A DNA stretch of 64,000 nucleotides. It comes from Coleofasciculus sp. B1-GNL1-01 (lineage in GTDB: Bacteria > Cyanobacteriota > Cyanobacteriia > Cyanobacteriales > Coleofasciculaceae). The position numbers and the translations under genes were made by a program. A model generated the notes under the pieces. It was not told the origin of the DNA. It ran no database searches and saw only the letters and a list, made by a program, of their open reading frames with translations. Below, in pieces: positions 30,421 to 40,132 of this stretch. Location of the stretch: NCBI GenBank assembly GCA_040220235.1, contig JAVJTO010000135.1; one strand, given 5' to 3'. Within the stretch, counting starts at the first letter, position 1. Each line of letters begins with the position of its first letter.

Positions 30421-31413
30421 TCAATTTCCCTGGGGATCAATTTCTAGGGTCAGGGAGTATGACCCGTACACGGGTTTACCCGCCATATAGGTTGGAGAAA
30501 AACTCCAATCGGCAATAATCTGGTTAGCGAGTTTCGTGGCTTGCTCTGGACGGAGTGTCCCTTGTTGCACTTGTGTCTTATCGGGTATAACCTCAGCTTT
30601 TATAACCTCAGCTTTGCCCCTATCATTGATCAAAACGATAACCTTGAGAACCACAGGTTGATCCAGAGTCATCTCTAAGGACGTGAGTTCATCCACTGAG
30701 AGGGGTTGACTCTCTTGCTGGATTTCAGCAAGTCGATCGCCCGGATTGTTTTGCGGGTTGATAATAGAACCACCACCACTGCTGACAATCCTGAGTCCAT
30801 TAATAGAAGCAATGAAGCCCCCCCTCGACTGATTGTCCGGTGACGTGGGTTCTGTGGGTTCTTCTGGCGATGGGATAGGAGATGGACTCGGGGTAGTCGG
30901 GTTGGGGGGTTCCTCTGATGACTGAGGAGGTGGGGTTTCTCCCATCCCTTCCAAGGTTGTAGACGTTGGCGACGGGGTTGGGGTTGGGTTCGGTGAGTTG
31001 GGTGGGGAAACCCTTGTGGGTGAAGGCTGAGGGGTTTCCTGAGTGGTGTTTGCGATCGCCTGAGTCGGGCGATTTGTCTGTGGTGCTGATTCTTGTTGAC
31101 TCTCAGGACTCGGCGCTGGCGTTTTTCGGGATACTGGAGAAGGTGGAGGTTGAGTCGCTGGAGTTGGCATGGTAGCATTCGAGGCGATCGCAATCATCTC
31201 AACCGGAATCAGTCGTTGACTCAACCGCCAATCCTGAAAGCGCCCCAATAGCGACAGACGCAGCAACCCCAAGCCAACTAAATGAATCGCTACAGAACTT
31301 AGAATAACGGTTCTCCATAGCGCTGGAGGATCAGCGTGACGGCGTTGGGGTATCTGAGGTTGGTTTAGCGTGGGTTGTGTCATTACAATCAGGTTGGGAT
31401 GCTTTAATTCCAT
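30421..31413 (-). CDS. Proline-rich membrane-anchored protein, TonB-like architecture
   Basis: N-terminal TM (SSVAIHL), long Pro/Thr/Ser linker, C-terminal W.FSPT..AGKPV. Confidence 0.7.
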   Translation of the reverse strand: MELKHPNLIVMTQPTLNQPQIPQRRHADPPALWRTVILSSVAIHLVGLGLLRLSLLGRFQDWRLSQRLIPVEMIAIASNATMPTPATQPPPSPVSRKTPAPSPESQQESAPQTNRPTQAIANTTQETPQPSPTRVSPPNSPNPTPTPSPTSTTLEGMGETPPPQSSEEPPNPTTPSPSPIPSPEEPTEPTSPDNQSRGGFIASINGLRIVSSGGGSIINPQNNPGDRLAEIQQESQPLSVDELTSLEMTLDQPVVLKVIVLINDRGKAEVIKAEVIPDKTQVQQGTLRPEQATKLANQIIADWSFSPTYMAGKPVYGSYSLTLEIDPQGN

Positions 31414-31489
31414 ACTGCCAAAGAGCCACTGAGCATCTGGATTAATTCTTAGCGTTCTTTTTGCGATCGCCCAATGACAGTCGTTACCG

Positions 31490-32275
31490 ATGAATACTTA
31501 TCGCTTGTCTAGGTTCAAGATTATTATTATTGCCAGTGTTCTCCTATTCGGACTAATCCTCAGTGGGTGGAGAATTACCTTACCCACCGCCGCAGCCGAA
31601 TCGGACACTATCTATCATTATCGACTGGTTCACAGCGCTGATGGGATTGGTAAATTTTATCTGGGTCGAGAGATTGCCAAAGTCATGGGACACACCGAAG
31701 CACTCTGGTTAGAACGCCCCAGCCGTCAGACGAAAGAACAGCCACAGCAGGTGATTGAGGCGTTGAACCTAAAACCCACAGATATTGTGGCAGATATTGG
31801 TGCAGGTACAGGTTATTTTAGTTTTCGCATCAGTCCTCGTGTTCCTCAGGGTAAGGTATTGGCGGTGGATATTCAGCCGGAGATGCTGGATATGATCGAA
31901 TTCCTGAAAACCGAGAACAATGTGACCAATGTTGAGCCAATCTTGGGGAGTACCACTGATCCTAATTTACCCGAAGAAACCGTTGACTTAGCCTTGATGG
32001 TCGATGCTTATCATGAATTTGCTTATCCTAGAGAAATGATGAGTGGAATTGTGCGATCGCTTAAACCCGGTGGACGAGTCGTACTGGTGGAATATCGCCG
32101 GGAGAATCCCTTGATTCCGATTAAAGCACTACATAAAATGACTCAGAGACAAGCGCGTAAAGAAATGAATGCGGTGGGGTTGCAGTGGCTGGAAACGAAA
32201 GAGTTCTTACCCCAGCAGCATTTGATGCTATTCCAGAAGCCTAACTCTGATCAAGATAACCAACGCCAATTATAG
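31490..32275 (+). CDS. Class I SAM-dependent methyltransferase with signal-like N-terminus
   Basis: VADIGAGTGYF, AVDIQPEML, DAYHE, LKPGG. Confidence 0.9.
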   Translation: MNTYRLSRFKIIIIASVLLFGLILSGWRITLPTAAAESDTIYHYRLVHSADGIGKFYLGREIAKVMGHTEALWLERPSRQTKEQPQQVIEALNLKPTDIVADIGAGTGYFSFRISPRVPQGKVLAVDIQPEMLDMIEFLKTENNVTNVEPILGSTTDPNLPEETVDLALMVDAYHEFAYPREMMSGIVRSLKPGGRVVLVEYRRENPLIPIKALHKMTQRQARKEMNAVGLQWLETKEFLPQQHLMLFQKPNSDQDNQRQL

Positions 32276-32883
32276 CGATTCCATTCATAAATCCCTTGAA
32301 TCTCATATTCCATGCCATTATCGAAGCGCACGACACAATTCCATCCCGAACCATCACTATCCATACCCTGAGAAATCTGCACTACTGTACAAGGAAACCA
32401 CTCCCGACTACAGGGTCCATTGTCCTGCACCCATTCCCAGAGTCCATTAGACACTTCGATGCGATCGCCGATTTTTAGTTTTAATCCTTCTGTGGGGTTC
32501 TGTGCGTCCAAATACTGCGCCAGATGCACCCGCTTGACCCGATTTAGCCATTGGGGTCCATAGCGATCGCGAATAAACTGGACAGATGAAGACTCGCGAT
32601 TATGCAGCCAGTCGTTGAGGAGTTGGATTTTCCAGGAATAGCCAGTCCGTTCCCGTTCCGTGACAAATTGCAAAAACCGCGATCGCTCATCTGGCGTCAG
32701 GTCATCCAGAGGATTAACCGTTGTCTGATCTCCTATTGCCGAAGACTGTAAGGATTGACCCATAATCGCATCCATCAACACCCGCCGTAAAATTTGTTTT
32801 TGCGGGTCTGTCAGGGGACATAAAACCGCTTCACATTGGATAAAGGCGAGTTGCAAGACGGCTTCAATCTCGGCTGGATTCAT
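32251..32883 (-). CDS. Conserved cyanobacterial hypothetical protein
   Basis: 210-aa ORF with several HIP1 sites; C-terminal beta-rich domain IGDRIEVSNGLWEWVQ. Confidence 0.7.
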   Translation of the reverse strand: MNPAEIEAVLQLAFIQCEAVLCPLTDPQKQILRRVLMDAIMGQSLQSSAIGDQTTVNPLDDLTPDERSRFLQFVTERERTGYSWKIQLLNDWLHNRESSSVQFIRDRYGPQWLNRVKRVHLAQYLDAQNPTEGLKLKIGDRIEVSNGLWEWVQDNGPCSREWFPCTVVQISQGMDSDGSGWNCVVRFDNGMEYEIQGIYEWNRYNWRWLS

Positions 32884-32978
32884 AACAGGCTCAATCAGCA
32901 GACTGGCTTATAGCTGGTGATAGCGTGCAGCATAATAATTGTATGATAATCTCTCAGGAGACAATTCAGCCGCCTAAT

Positions 32979-33182
32979 TAGGACTTGCTGCACAAATCGG
33001 AAATCCTTATCTATCAAGGATTGCGCCATTATTGATATTAAGGTTTAAATGCCGAACAGCTTATTTCGGCGGACATGATATGAAAAGCTTGCACTTATAG
33101 GGAGACGAAAAGCACTACTGTTTCCTTCATCTCCCCCTCACCCTCTCACCCCTTCTCCCCAAGACTTATTCAGCAGACCCTA
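32979..33182. mobile_element. MITE-like element related to 18238-18457
   Basis: TAGGACTTGCTG...ACTTATTCAGCAGACCCTA ends; TAATTA at both junctions. Confidence 0.5.
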
Positions 33183-33254
33183 ATTAAGGACAGTTTGCGG
33201 CTGGATTCGCGCTATGCTGAGGGATGGAATGATTGAATACGATAATTATTACTA

Positions 33255-33695
33255 TTGGTTATGCGAGTTCAAGGTTGGTTCACTACCATTACAGTTGCTG
33301 GTCTGTTTTGGCTGATCAGTTGGGTCATTGCCCCTGCTGCATTTGCCTTCGTTCAGGTAGAACTGTCTGACCTGTCTTACCACGAATGTTCCTCCAAGTT
33401 TTCCGAAGGGTTGGTCACACCCGGTTCCATCCAAGCCGCCGATTGCTACATCATTACAGGTAAAGCCATCAATAAGTCAGGCAAACCCGTGATCAATGCT
33501 GACATTTTTGGTCGGATTTATGATGCCAATCATAATCCTGTCTTTCAAAATCGTACCCGGCTGGGTGCCATTGATGAAGTCCCACCGGGCGTTAGTGATT
33601 TTGAAGTGCGAATTACGGTGTCGGCTAATCAACCAACCCCCTTGCAGCTTGAACAATTCAAAGCCTCCGGTTTTACGGGCAAAGTCCGCCGTTAG
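33255..33695 (+). CDS. Conserved cyanobacterial secreted hypothetical protein
   Basis: Signal peptide ending AFA; ADIFGRIYDAN...NRTRLG...LQLEQFKASGF. Confidence 0.75.
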   Translation: MVMRVQGWFTTITVAGLFWLISWVIAPAAFAFVQVELSDLSYHECSSKFSEGLVTPGSIQAADCYIITGKAINKSGKPVINADIFGRIYDANHNPVFQNRTRLGAIDEVPPGVSDFEVRITVSANQPTPLQLEQFKASGFTGKVRR

Positions 33696-33736
33696 CATTG
33701 GGTTGACTCCCAATTCGTCGTTGACCCAGCCCTAGC

Positions 33737-33994
33737 CTAGATGCTGACAATCAATTGAGCGACAACTTGCAGGGCAATAATCGCCAGCAGAGGGGATAAG
33801 TCCAGACCTCCAATCGGCGGAATAAAGGAGCGGAAAATATTCAGGTAAGGGTCAGTAATTGGGCTGAGGAACCCAGCAATCTGGTTCATCCATTCAACCG
33901 TGGGGAACCAGGTTAACAGAATGCGGACAAATATCAGCAGTAGATAGATATTGAGGAAATTGTAGAGGCTTTCGGTTACCAGTGCTGTCGGCAT
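33737..33994 (-). CDS. YggT/YlmG family membrane protein
   Basis: RILLTWFP...TDPYLNIFRSFIPPIGGLDLSP. Confidence 0.92.
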   Translation of the reverse strand: MPTALVTESLYNFLNIYLLLIFVRILLTWFPTVEWMNQIAGFLSPITDPYLNIFRSFIPPIGGLDLSPLLAIIALQVVAQLIVSI

Positions 33995-34080
33995 AAATTG
34001 AAATGTTTCCTTACTAAATTTTGCGGGCGGATATGATAGTGCCTTTCTAGTCAGTTTAACGGATATCACTTCATTCCGGC

Positions 34081-34422
34081 TCAGGAATCGATAGAACCTT
34101 CCCTATCGGTGAGTTCCGTACTCCCACTCCCATTCACTGGACCCAATTGCTGGCGCACATCATCGATCGCTGTATTAAGCTGGGCAATTTTATCCTCTAA
34201 ACTGCGACGCGCCGCTTCAATGCTCTCCTCAGAGTTGAGTTGAGATTTTTTGCCTTTCATGGCTTTCTTCTCCGAGAGGCGGGATTTGAGTAAAGACGGA
34301 TCGGCTTCTTCATCACTACTACTGCGTTGTCCGGCTAGTATGGCTCCGATAACGCCACCGACTACGCCCCCGATGGCGATTCCCGCCAGAAGTCCGCCTG
34401 TAAAACCATCGCGCTGACTCAT
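34081..34422 (-). CDS. Conserved cyanobacterial protein (N-terminal Gly-rich TM + coiled coil)
   Basis: GFTGGLLAG..GGV.GG; ARRSLEDKIAQLN.AIDDVR; between upp and yggT. Confidence 0.8.
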   Translation of the reverse strand: MSQRDGFTGGLLAGIAIGGVVGGVIGAILAGQRSSSDEEADPSLLKSRLSEKKAMKGKKSQLNSEESIEAARRSLEDKIAQLNTAIDDVRQQLGPVNGSGSTELTDREGSIDS

Positions 34423-34676
34423 TTTTCCTTTCGTACCCTTGAAAAAAACGCAACTGCTTTTCCAGATTAACGGTTGGCTGATGCAGATGCCTACATCTTC
34501 GTCTTATGTCCTTTGTCATTTGTCAGGGAATAGGCAATAGGCAATAGTAGAGACGTAGCATGCTACATCTACCCCATCTCCCCCATCTCCCCCATCTCCC
34601 TCATCTCCCTCATCTTCCCTATCTTCCCCAGCTTCCCTATCTTCCCCACCTTCCCCAGCTCCCCTATCTCTTGCCA

Positions 34677-35327
34677 TCATGTACCAAAAGCGCGATCGCC
34701 TGCATCTCCTAATCCGGGTACGATAAATCCTTGCTGGCTTAATTCTTCGTCAATTGTGGCGGTGTAGATGGTTAAGGTGGGATAATTTCCCCCTAACTTT
34801 TGCAAGGCGGGTGGAGCCGCAACCACGCTGATAATCCGGATCAAGGCTGGATCAGCACCTCGCTGGGTCAGTTGGGCGATCGCGGACATCATTGTACCCC
34901 CTGTGGCAAGCATGGGTTCGGTAATTAAGATACGTGTACCCGGATCAAATTGTTGGGGCAATTTATTTAAATAACACTTTGCTTCTAACGTTCCTTCATC
35001 GCGCACCATGCCTAGATGGTAAATGGATGCCAAGGGCAATAAGGTTTGCGCCCCTTCTAATAGGGCTAATCCCGCCCGTAAAATCGGCACGACGACTAAA
35101 GGAGTCTCTGGATTCACCATTGTGGCTGGACAAGGGGCTAGGGGCGTCTGAACCATTAAATCTTCCGTCGGTAGCCAGTCTCGAATCGCTTCGTAGGTGA
35201 GCCAGCGCCCTAATTCCGTCATCGCACTTTTGAATAAAGGGGAAGGTGTCGCCGCATCACGGGCAACGCCAAGCCAGTGCTTGATGAGGGGATGAGGGGG
35301 AACATAGACACGTAATTGGGGAGCCAT
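34677..35327 (-). CDS. upp: Uracil phosphoribosyltransferase
   Basis: HPLIKH, VPILRAG, PMLATGG, IVPGLGDAGDRAFGT. Confidence 0.96.
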   Translation of the reverse strand: MAPQLRVYVPPHPLIKHWLGVARDAATPSPLFKSAMTELGRWLTYEAIRDWLPTEDLMVQTPLAPCPATMVNPETPLVVVPILRAGLALLEGAQTLLPLASIYHLGMVRDEGTLEAKCYLNKLPQQFDPGTRILITEPMLATGGTMMSAIAQLTQRGADPALIRIISVVAAPPALQKLGGNYPTLTIYTATIDEELSQQGFIVPGLGDAGDRAFGT

Positions 35328-35597
35328 AGCGAATTAATCGATAACGACGAAGCAATACCTAAACTGAATCATGATAATGCTTTTTTTTCCCGACTGCCGA
35401 GATGGTATCCGGGCTAAACGCTGCATTTGCCCGTTTATTGCCAATTGTTTTCATTAGTGTTGACATTAATTTTCAACAAGGATATAGTAGTCCTCAGTGT
35501 TCTCCTCTCATTAAGGATTGGTCGGTGGGACGGGCAAGCGGTAGCAGCCTGAACCACCCTCTTTTTTTTTGGGAGTGCGGAGGGGTGGGGAAGATGA

Positions 35598-35701
35598 GGG
35601 AGATGGGAGTTGTAGGGGTTTGGTCTCCAAACCCCATTTCTTATGTAGGGGGAGATGGGAGTTGTAGGGGTTTGGTCTCCAAACCCCATTTCTTATGTAG
35701 G
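35598..35701. repeat. 52-bp unit in two tandem copies containing a GGGGTTTGGTCTCCAAACCCC hairpin
   Basis: Two near-identical adjacent copies; a third, inverted copy at about 17032-17090. Confidence 0.85.
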
Positions 35702-35854
35702 GGAAGATGGGGGAGATGGGGAAGAAAAATTTAAATGAGAGCTTATCCGACCAGTATTGTGTAGCATGGTACGTCTGGCATGACACGTCTGGAAGGGAGA
35801 ATAGAGAAAAGTTAAACTCGAATTTGTAAAAGACCTCTCTCGTCTGAATCATTC

Positions 35855-37399
35855 ATGGCTATTGCTTCTCAATCTCCTTCGTCCACTAATCACGCTCCGA
35901 ACGAAACCTCTGTATTTGATGTCATCGTCATTGGTTCTGGTATTGGCGGACTCGTGACGGCGACTCAGCTAGCCGCCAAAGGTGCCAAGGTGCTGGTACT
36001 GGAACGTTATCTGATTCCCGGTGGTAGTGCTGGCTACTTTGAACGCGAGGGCTATCGATTCGATGTTGGCGCCTCGATGATTTTTGGTTTTGGTACTGAA
36101 GGAACCACGAATCTATTGACCAAAGCCTTAGATGCGGTAAATGTTGGTGTGGAAACAATTCCCGATGAGGTTCAGATTCACTATCATTTACCGGAAGGAT
36201 TAGACCTGAAAGTTCATCGAGACTATGAGAAATTCTTACACGAATTAACAGAACGTTTTCCCCACGAACGGCGGGGAATTCGGCAATTTTATGATGAATG
36301 CTGGAAGGTATTTAATTGCCTTAACGCCATGGAATTGCTGTCTCTAGAAGAACCTCGCTATCTGATGCGGGTGTTTTTTCAGCATCCTTTAGCCTGTTTA
36401 GGATTAGTCAAATATTTGCCCCAGAATGCGGGAGATATTGCCCGTCGCTACATTCATGACCCCCAGTTACTCCAGTTTATTGATATGGAATGTTATTGTT
36501 GGTCAGTCGTACCTGCGGATAAGACACCGATGATTAATGCGGGAATGGTGTTTTCCGACCGCCATTATGGAGGAATTAATTATCCTAAAGGAGGTGTGGG
36601 TGAAATTGCCCAGAAATTAGTTGAGGGATTGGAGAAAGCTGGGGGACAAATTCGCTATTCCGCCAGAGTCAGCGAAATTTTAACCGAACAGGGTAAAGCT
36701 GTGGGGGTGCGGTTAGCCACGGGGGAAGAGTATCGGGCAAAGCGGGTAGTGTCTAATGCAACGCGCTGGGATACGTTTGAGAAATTACTGCCCTCAGAAC
36801 AGATGCCTGCCAGTGAGGAAAAATGGCAGCAACGATATCAGAAATCACCCAGTTTTTTGAGTTTGCATTTAGGGGTTGAAGAAAATGTTTTTCCGCCCGG
36901 AACAGAATGTCACCATATTTTATTGGAAGAATGGGACAAGATGGAAGAGGCTGAGGGGACGATTTTTGTGTCGATTCCCACATTACTTGACCCGGACTTA
37001 GCCCCGGAAGGCTATCATATTATGCATACCTTTACGCCCAGTTGGATGGAGAATTGGCAGGGATTATCGGCGAAGGAGTATGAGGATAAAAAGGAAGAAG
37101 CGGCTGGGCGAATTATTGAACGATTAGAGGCTATTTTTCCGGGATTAGATGCGGGATTGGATTATATGGAAGTCGGAACCGCCCGCAGTCATCGACGGTT
37201 TTTGGGACGTGAGGATGGCACCTATGGACCCATTCCGCGCCGCAAGTTAAGGGGGTTATTGGGAATGCCGTTTAATCGGACAGCGATTCCGGGATTATAT
37301 TGTGTGGGGGATAGTACGTTTCCGGGACAAGGGTTGAATGCGGTGGCATTTTCTGGGTTTGCTTGCGCCCATCGGGTGGCGGTAGATTTGGGTTTGTAA
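35855..37399 (+). CDS. crtH: Carotenoid isomerase
   Basis: GSGIGG FAD motif, [44 protein letters not shown]. Confidence 0.93.
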   Translation: MAIASQSPSSTNHAPNETSVFDVIVIGSGIGGLVTATQLAAKGAKVLVLERYLIPGGSAGYFEREGYRFDVGASMIFGFGTEGTTNLLTKALDAVNVGVETIPDEVQIHYHLPEGLDLKVHRDYEKFLHELTERFPHERRGIRQFYDECWKVFNCLNAMELLSLEEPRYLMRVFFQHPLACLGLVKYLPQNAGDIARRYIHDPQLLQFIDMECYCWSVVPADKTPMINAGMVFSDRHYGGINYPKGGVGEIAQKLVEGLEKAGGQIRYSARVSEILTEQGKAVGVRLATGEEYRAKRVVSNATRWDTFEKLLPSEQMPASEEKWQQRYQKSPSFLSLHLGVEENVFPPGTECHHILLEEWDKMEEAEGTIFVSIPTLLDPDLAPEGYHIMHTFTPSWMENWQGLSAKEYEDKKEEAAGRIIERLEAIFPGLDAGLDYMEVGTARSHRRFLGREDGTYGPIPRRKLRGLLGMPFNRTAIPGLYCVGDSTFPGQGLNAVAFSGFACAHRVAVDLGL

Positions 37400-37754
37400 G
37401 CTCAGATTTTGCCCCATTTTCAACCATCAAGTTGTAGGGTGCGTTAGCGAAAGCGTAACGCACCATTACTGAACTTTGGTAAGTTAAGCTGTCATGCATT
37501 TAAATTGGGAATGGGTAGCGAGCAAGATGCAAAGCCTGCGGCATGGCTTCGCTTAACGCACTACGAGGATGAGAGCCATTATTGACACTAAGATTTAAAT
37601 GCCGAACATTGATTCAAAATCAGCCTTTTTTGTAAAATTTAAAAGTGATGATGAGCTTTAACTTATACCAAACCTCACTTGTTGTACTTGAGTTTCATAC
37701 CATATATGATGCTATTAATTTTAATTGTTGGCATATTTTGGCGTTCCTATAAAG

Positions 37755-39434
37755 TCATAATATATTTTCTTTTCTGACACCTTGCACTGGGGAATTCCAT
37801 TCAGTTTCGGATAATTCACAGGAGTCAAAGTGTATTGCACAACAATTTTTTGTTATTTTTTGAAATATTTTTTTGTGTCTACTTTTGTTGAGTAGACTGA
37901 GAGCAAGAATATCTCCTCCTTTTCCTGATCCAGTTATTTTAAATCCTAGGTAAGATGTTAGCTGATATTCGCGTAGTTGTTCTTCCATAGATAAAAATTT
38001 AAGCTGGTTAATCAAAGATTCTATCGTCGGGTGAGAAAGACCCATTCCACAAAGTAAAGCTTGATAGGAATTCATAAAGCTAGGAACAGAAGACCAGTCA
38101 GAGAGAATTGAGTTGAATGTCGAAATACTGATGTTACCAAGTGATTCTGACAACATCTCAAAATAAGCGCGGGACATTTGCTCAGATTTATCACCATCAA
38201 ATTGAGTATTTAAGTAAACTTTTTCTATAATTTCATATCTGTGTATCGCTAGAGATCTTTGAACTTCCCCTACCTTAAAGGTTTTGTCAAATATATTACA
38301 CACATGAGCCACTCTTTCTGTTGATTCTTTAACATAAGAACGTACCTCTCTTGTCAAAACAGCTTCTGTTCGACTTGGAACACCAGAATAAAGAATAGTG
38401 ACATTATAAGGAGGAGGTTCAGGATAGTCAGGTAAACCTTCTAGACATTCCCCTGGGTCAAAAACAAACCTTTTAATTTTGGATAGGAGCCGAAAACCTT
38501 GTTCTGATTGACTGATACTTACTGAACTCCATCCATCCAAATGTTTATGGGATAAGTATGATCGCTTAGAAATGCTATAAAGTATAGGATGTCTGCCTAG
38601 CCTTCCATTAAATGAAACTGCTGCACCTGCACCACTTGAGCAGCCTCCATGGAAACAGTTTTCTATAGCCCAAGCTAATAGCATTGCTACTTCTTGATTT
38701 TCTTGATCTAGTAATTCAAAATAAACCTTGAATTTTTCTATATCCATGAATTCATAAAACAAAGCTTTTGCTATGCAAGCTGAAAAAGCACCACTTGAGT
38801 TTAAACCAACAGCCACAGGAAAACTACTAAGAACATTAACTCTAAACCCTATACCATCAAATTCACTTTTCAAGAAAGGTTTGATGATTGATAAAAATAG
38901 AGACGTTAACGCTTGCTTGTGATATTCAATTGAGCAACTACCGTAAGCTTGTATTAATTCTGTATTCAGAATGTTCATCTCCTCTTTTGGGTCAGGGCAT
39001 TTAAAGTCATCAATAAAGATTCCTTCTATTTGATGACTTGGCTCTAATTTAATGTAGAGCCTTAGTGGCAACGGTAAATAGACAGCAGGGTGTCCGAATA
39101 CAACTGAGTGTTCACCACTTATAAAAGCACAGGCAGGAGAACTGTATAATAAATCAGCATTGGCAGCCCAAGTGACTAAAAATTCATCAAACCGAGATCT
39201 TCGTTTAAAAGTATATATCTTAGGGTTGGTAAAAACTTCTGATAGTTCATCTACTGTGACTTGAAGACATCGAGCTATTTTTTTTAAGTTTTCCAGACCG
39301 GTTGAATGCAATTTACCGCTGGCAAGCCTGCTTATTGTTGATAAATCAACTCCTGATTCATTTGCAAGCTTATTGCGACTATATCCTTTTTGCTCAAACA
39401 ATTCTCGAAATGCCCTTCCTGATTCTTTAGTCAT
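37755..39434 (-). CDS. XRE-family HTH fused to a GHMP (mevalonate-kinase-like) kinase domain
   Basis: N-terminal SRNKLANESGVDLSTISRLASG; SPACAFISGEHSVVFGHPAV, FPVAVGLNSSGA, E..FHG..SG, KITGSGKGGDIL. Confidence 0.8.
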   Translation of the reverse strand: MTKESGRAFRELFEQKGYSRNKLANESGVDLSTISRLASGKLHSTGLENLKKIARCLQVTVDELSEVFTNPKIYTFKRRSRFDEFLVTWAANADLLYSSPACAFISGEHSVVFGHPAVYLPLPLRLYIKLEPSHQIEGIFIDDFKCPDPKEEMNILNTELIQAYGSCSIEYHKQALTSLFLSIIKPFLKSEFDGIGFRVNVLSSFPVAVGLNSSGAFSACIAKALFYEFMDIEKFKVYFELLDQENQEVAMLLAWAIENCFHGGCSSGAGAAVSFNGRLGRHPILYSISKRSYLSHKHLDGWSSVSISQSEQGFRLLSKIKRFVFDPGECLEGLPDYPEPPPYNVTILYSGVPSRTEAVLTREVRSYVKESTERVAHVCNIFDKTFKVGEVQRSLAIHRYEIIEKVYLNTQFDGDKSEQMSRAYFEMLSESLGNISISTFNSILSDWSSVPSFMNSYQALLCGMGLSHPTIESLINQLKFLSMEEQLREYQLTSYLGFKITGSGKGGDILALSLLNKSRHKKIFQKITKNCCAIHFDSCELSETEWNSPVQGVRKENIL

Positions 39435-39460
39435 TCTAAAACTCCTGTATTGTTACCATG

Positions 39461-39496
39461 TTGTAAATTTGCATAAAAGGGGTTGCAAATTTGCAA
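39461..39496. promoter_or_regulatory. Pair of palindromic operator-like sites
   Basis: Perfect palindrome TTGCAAATTTGCAA (39483-39496) and near-copy TTGTAAATTTGCAT (39461-39474), 22 bp apart. Confidence 0.6.
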
Positions 39497-39600
39497 TCTT
39501 TTCATTGCTTAGGGAAACCAGCTATAAATGTGGTGTAAGCTTAAAACGCTTTTAACTTTCAATACCACATTCAACATATACCTACAGTGAGGTAAGTAAA

Positions 39601-39786
39601 ATGAGTAATGCATATAACGAAGGCTATAACCGTGGGCTCAAAGGTGAAGGATCTTCCGGAGACTTGCTTACCAGTATTGGTGATTGCGCCGCCGCAAATG
39701 GATCTTCCAAAAAACGTGAGGAAGGTTATAAGGCTGGTCGTCGCGATCGCGCCTTTATTGACGCTCAGAACAAAGGTAAAAAGTAG
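39601..39786 (+). CDS. Small hypothetical protein (61 aa)
   Basis: GAGG RBS, ATG start, internal repeat EGYxxG twice, followed by a strong hairpin. Confidence 0.65.
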   Translation: MSNAYNEGYNRGLKGEGSSGDLLTSIGDCAAANGSSKKREEGYKAGRRDRAFIDAQNKGKK

Positions 39787-39819
39787 TGTCACACTTTCTT
39801 TGAGCCTTAACTGACTCTT

Positions 39820-39863
39820 GATGAGGGCAAGTTAGTTTTTAGGAAAGCCAACTTGCCCTCATC
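39820..39863 (+). terminator. Stem-loop downstream of the 61-aa ORF
   Basis: 14-bp perfect inverted repeat GATGAGGGCAAGTT / AACTTGCCCTCATC. Confidence 0.6.
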
Positions 39864-40132
39864 GTTTACGTGTTAACTACATAGACTTTTAAATGTAGCT
39901 ATCTTGGATTGTCTATGAATAGCTGTTACTAGCGTAATTGGCTTGAAATACTTCCCTAGATCTTCTCAAATTATTTTCCGTTTGCCAACCCTCATAAGTA
40001 AAGTTTAGGGGGTTTTTAAATTAAACTAAAAAATAAAAATGTGACAAAAGGTAATATTTTGTAGCTAAAAAGGTAAAAAATGTGGCAAAATGGGGGCTAA
40101 GATAGACAAAACAACAACCTTATTGATCAGCT

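Noticed and set aside
35598..35701. Possible CRISPR array (palindromic repeated unit)
   Set aside because: Only two adjacent copies with identical intervening sequence, no unique spacers and no cas genes; it is a tandem duplication of a dispersed repeat.
35402..35852. ORFs between upp and crtH
   Set aside because: They derive from repeats and low-complexity sequence in a divergent promoter region.
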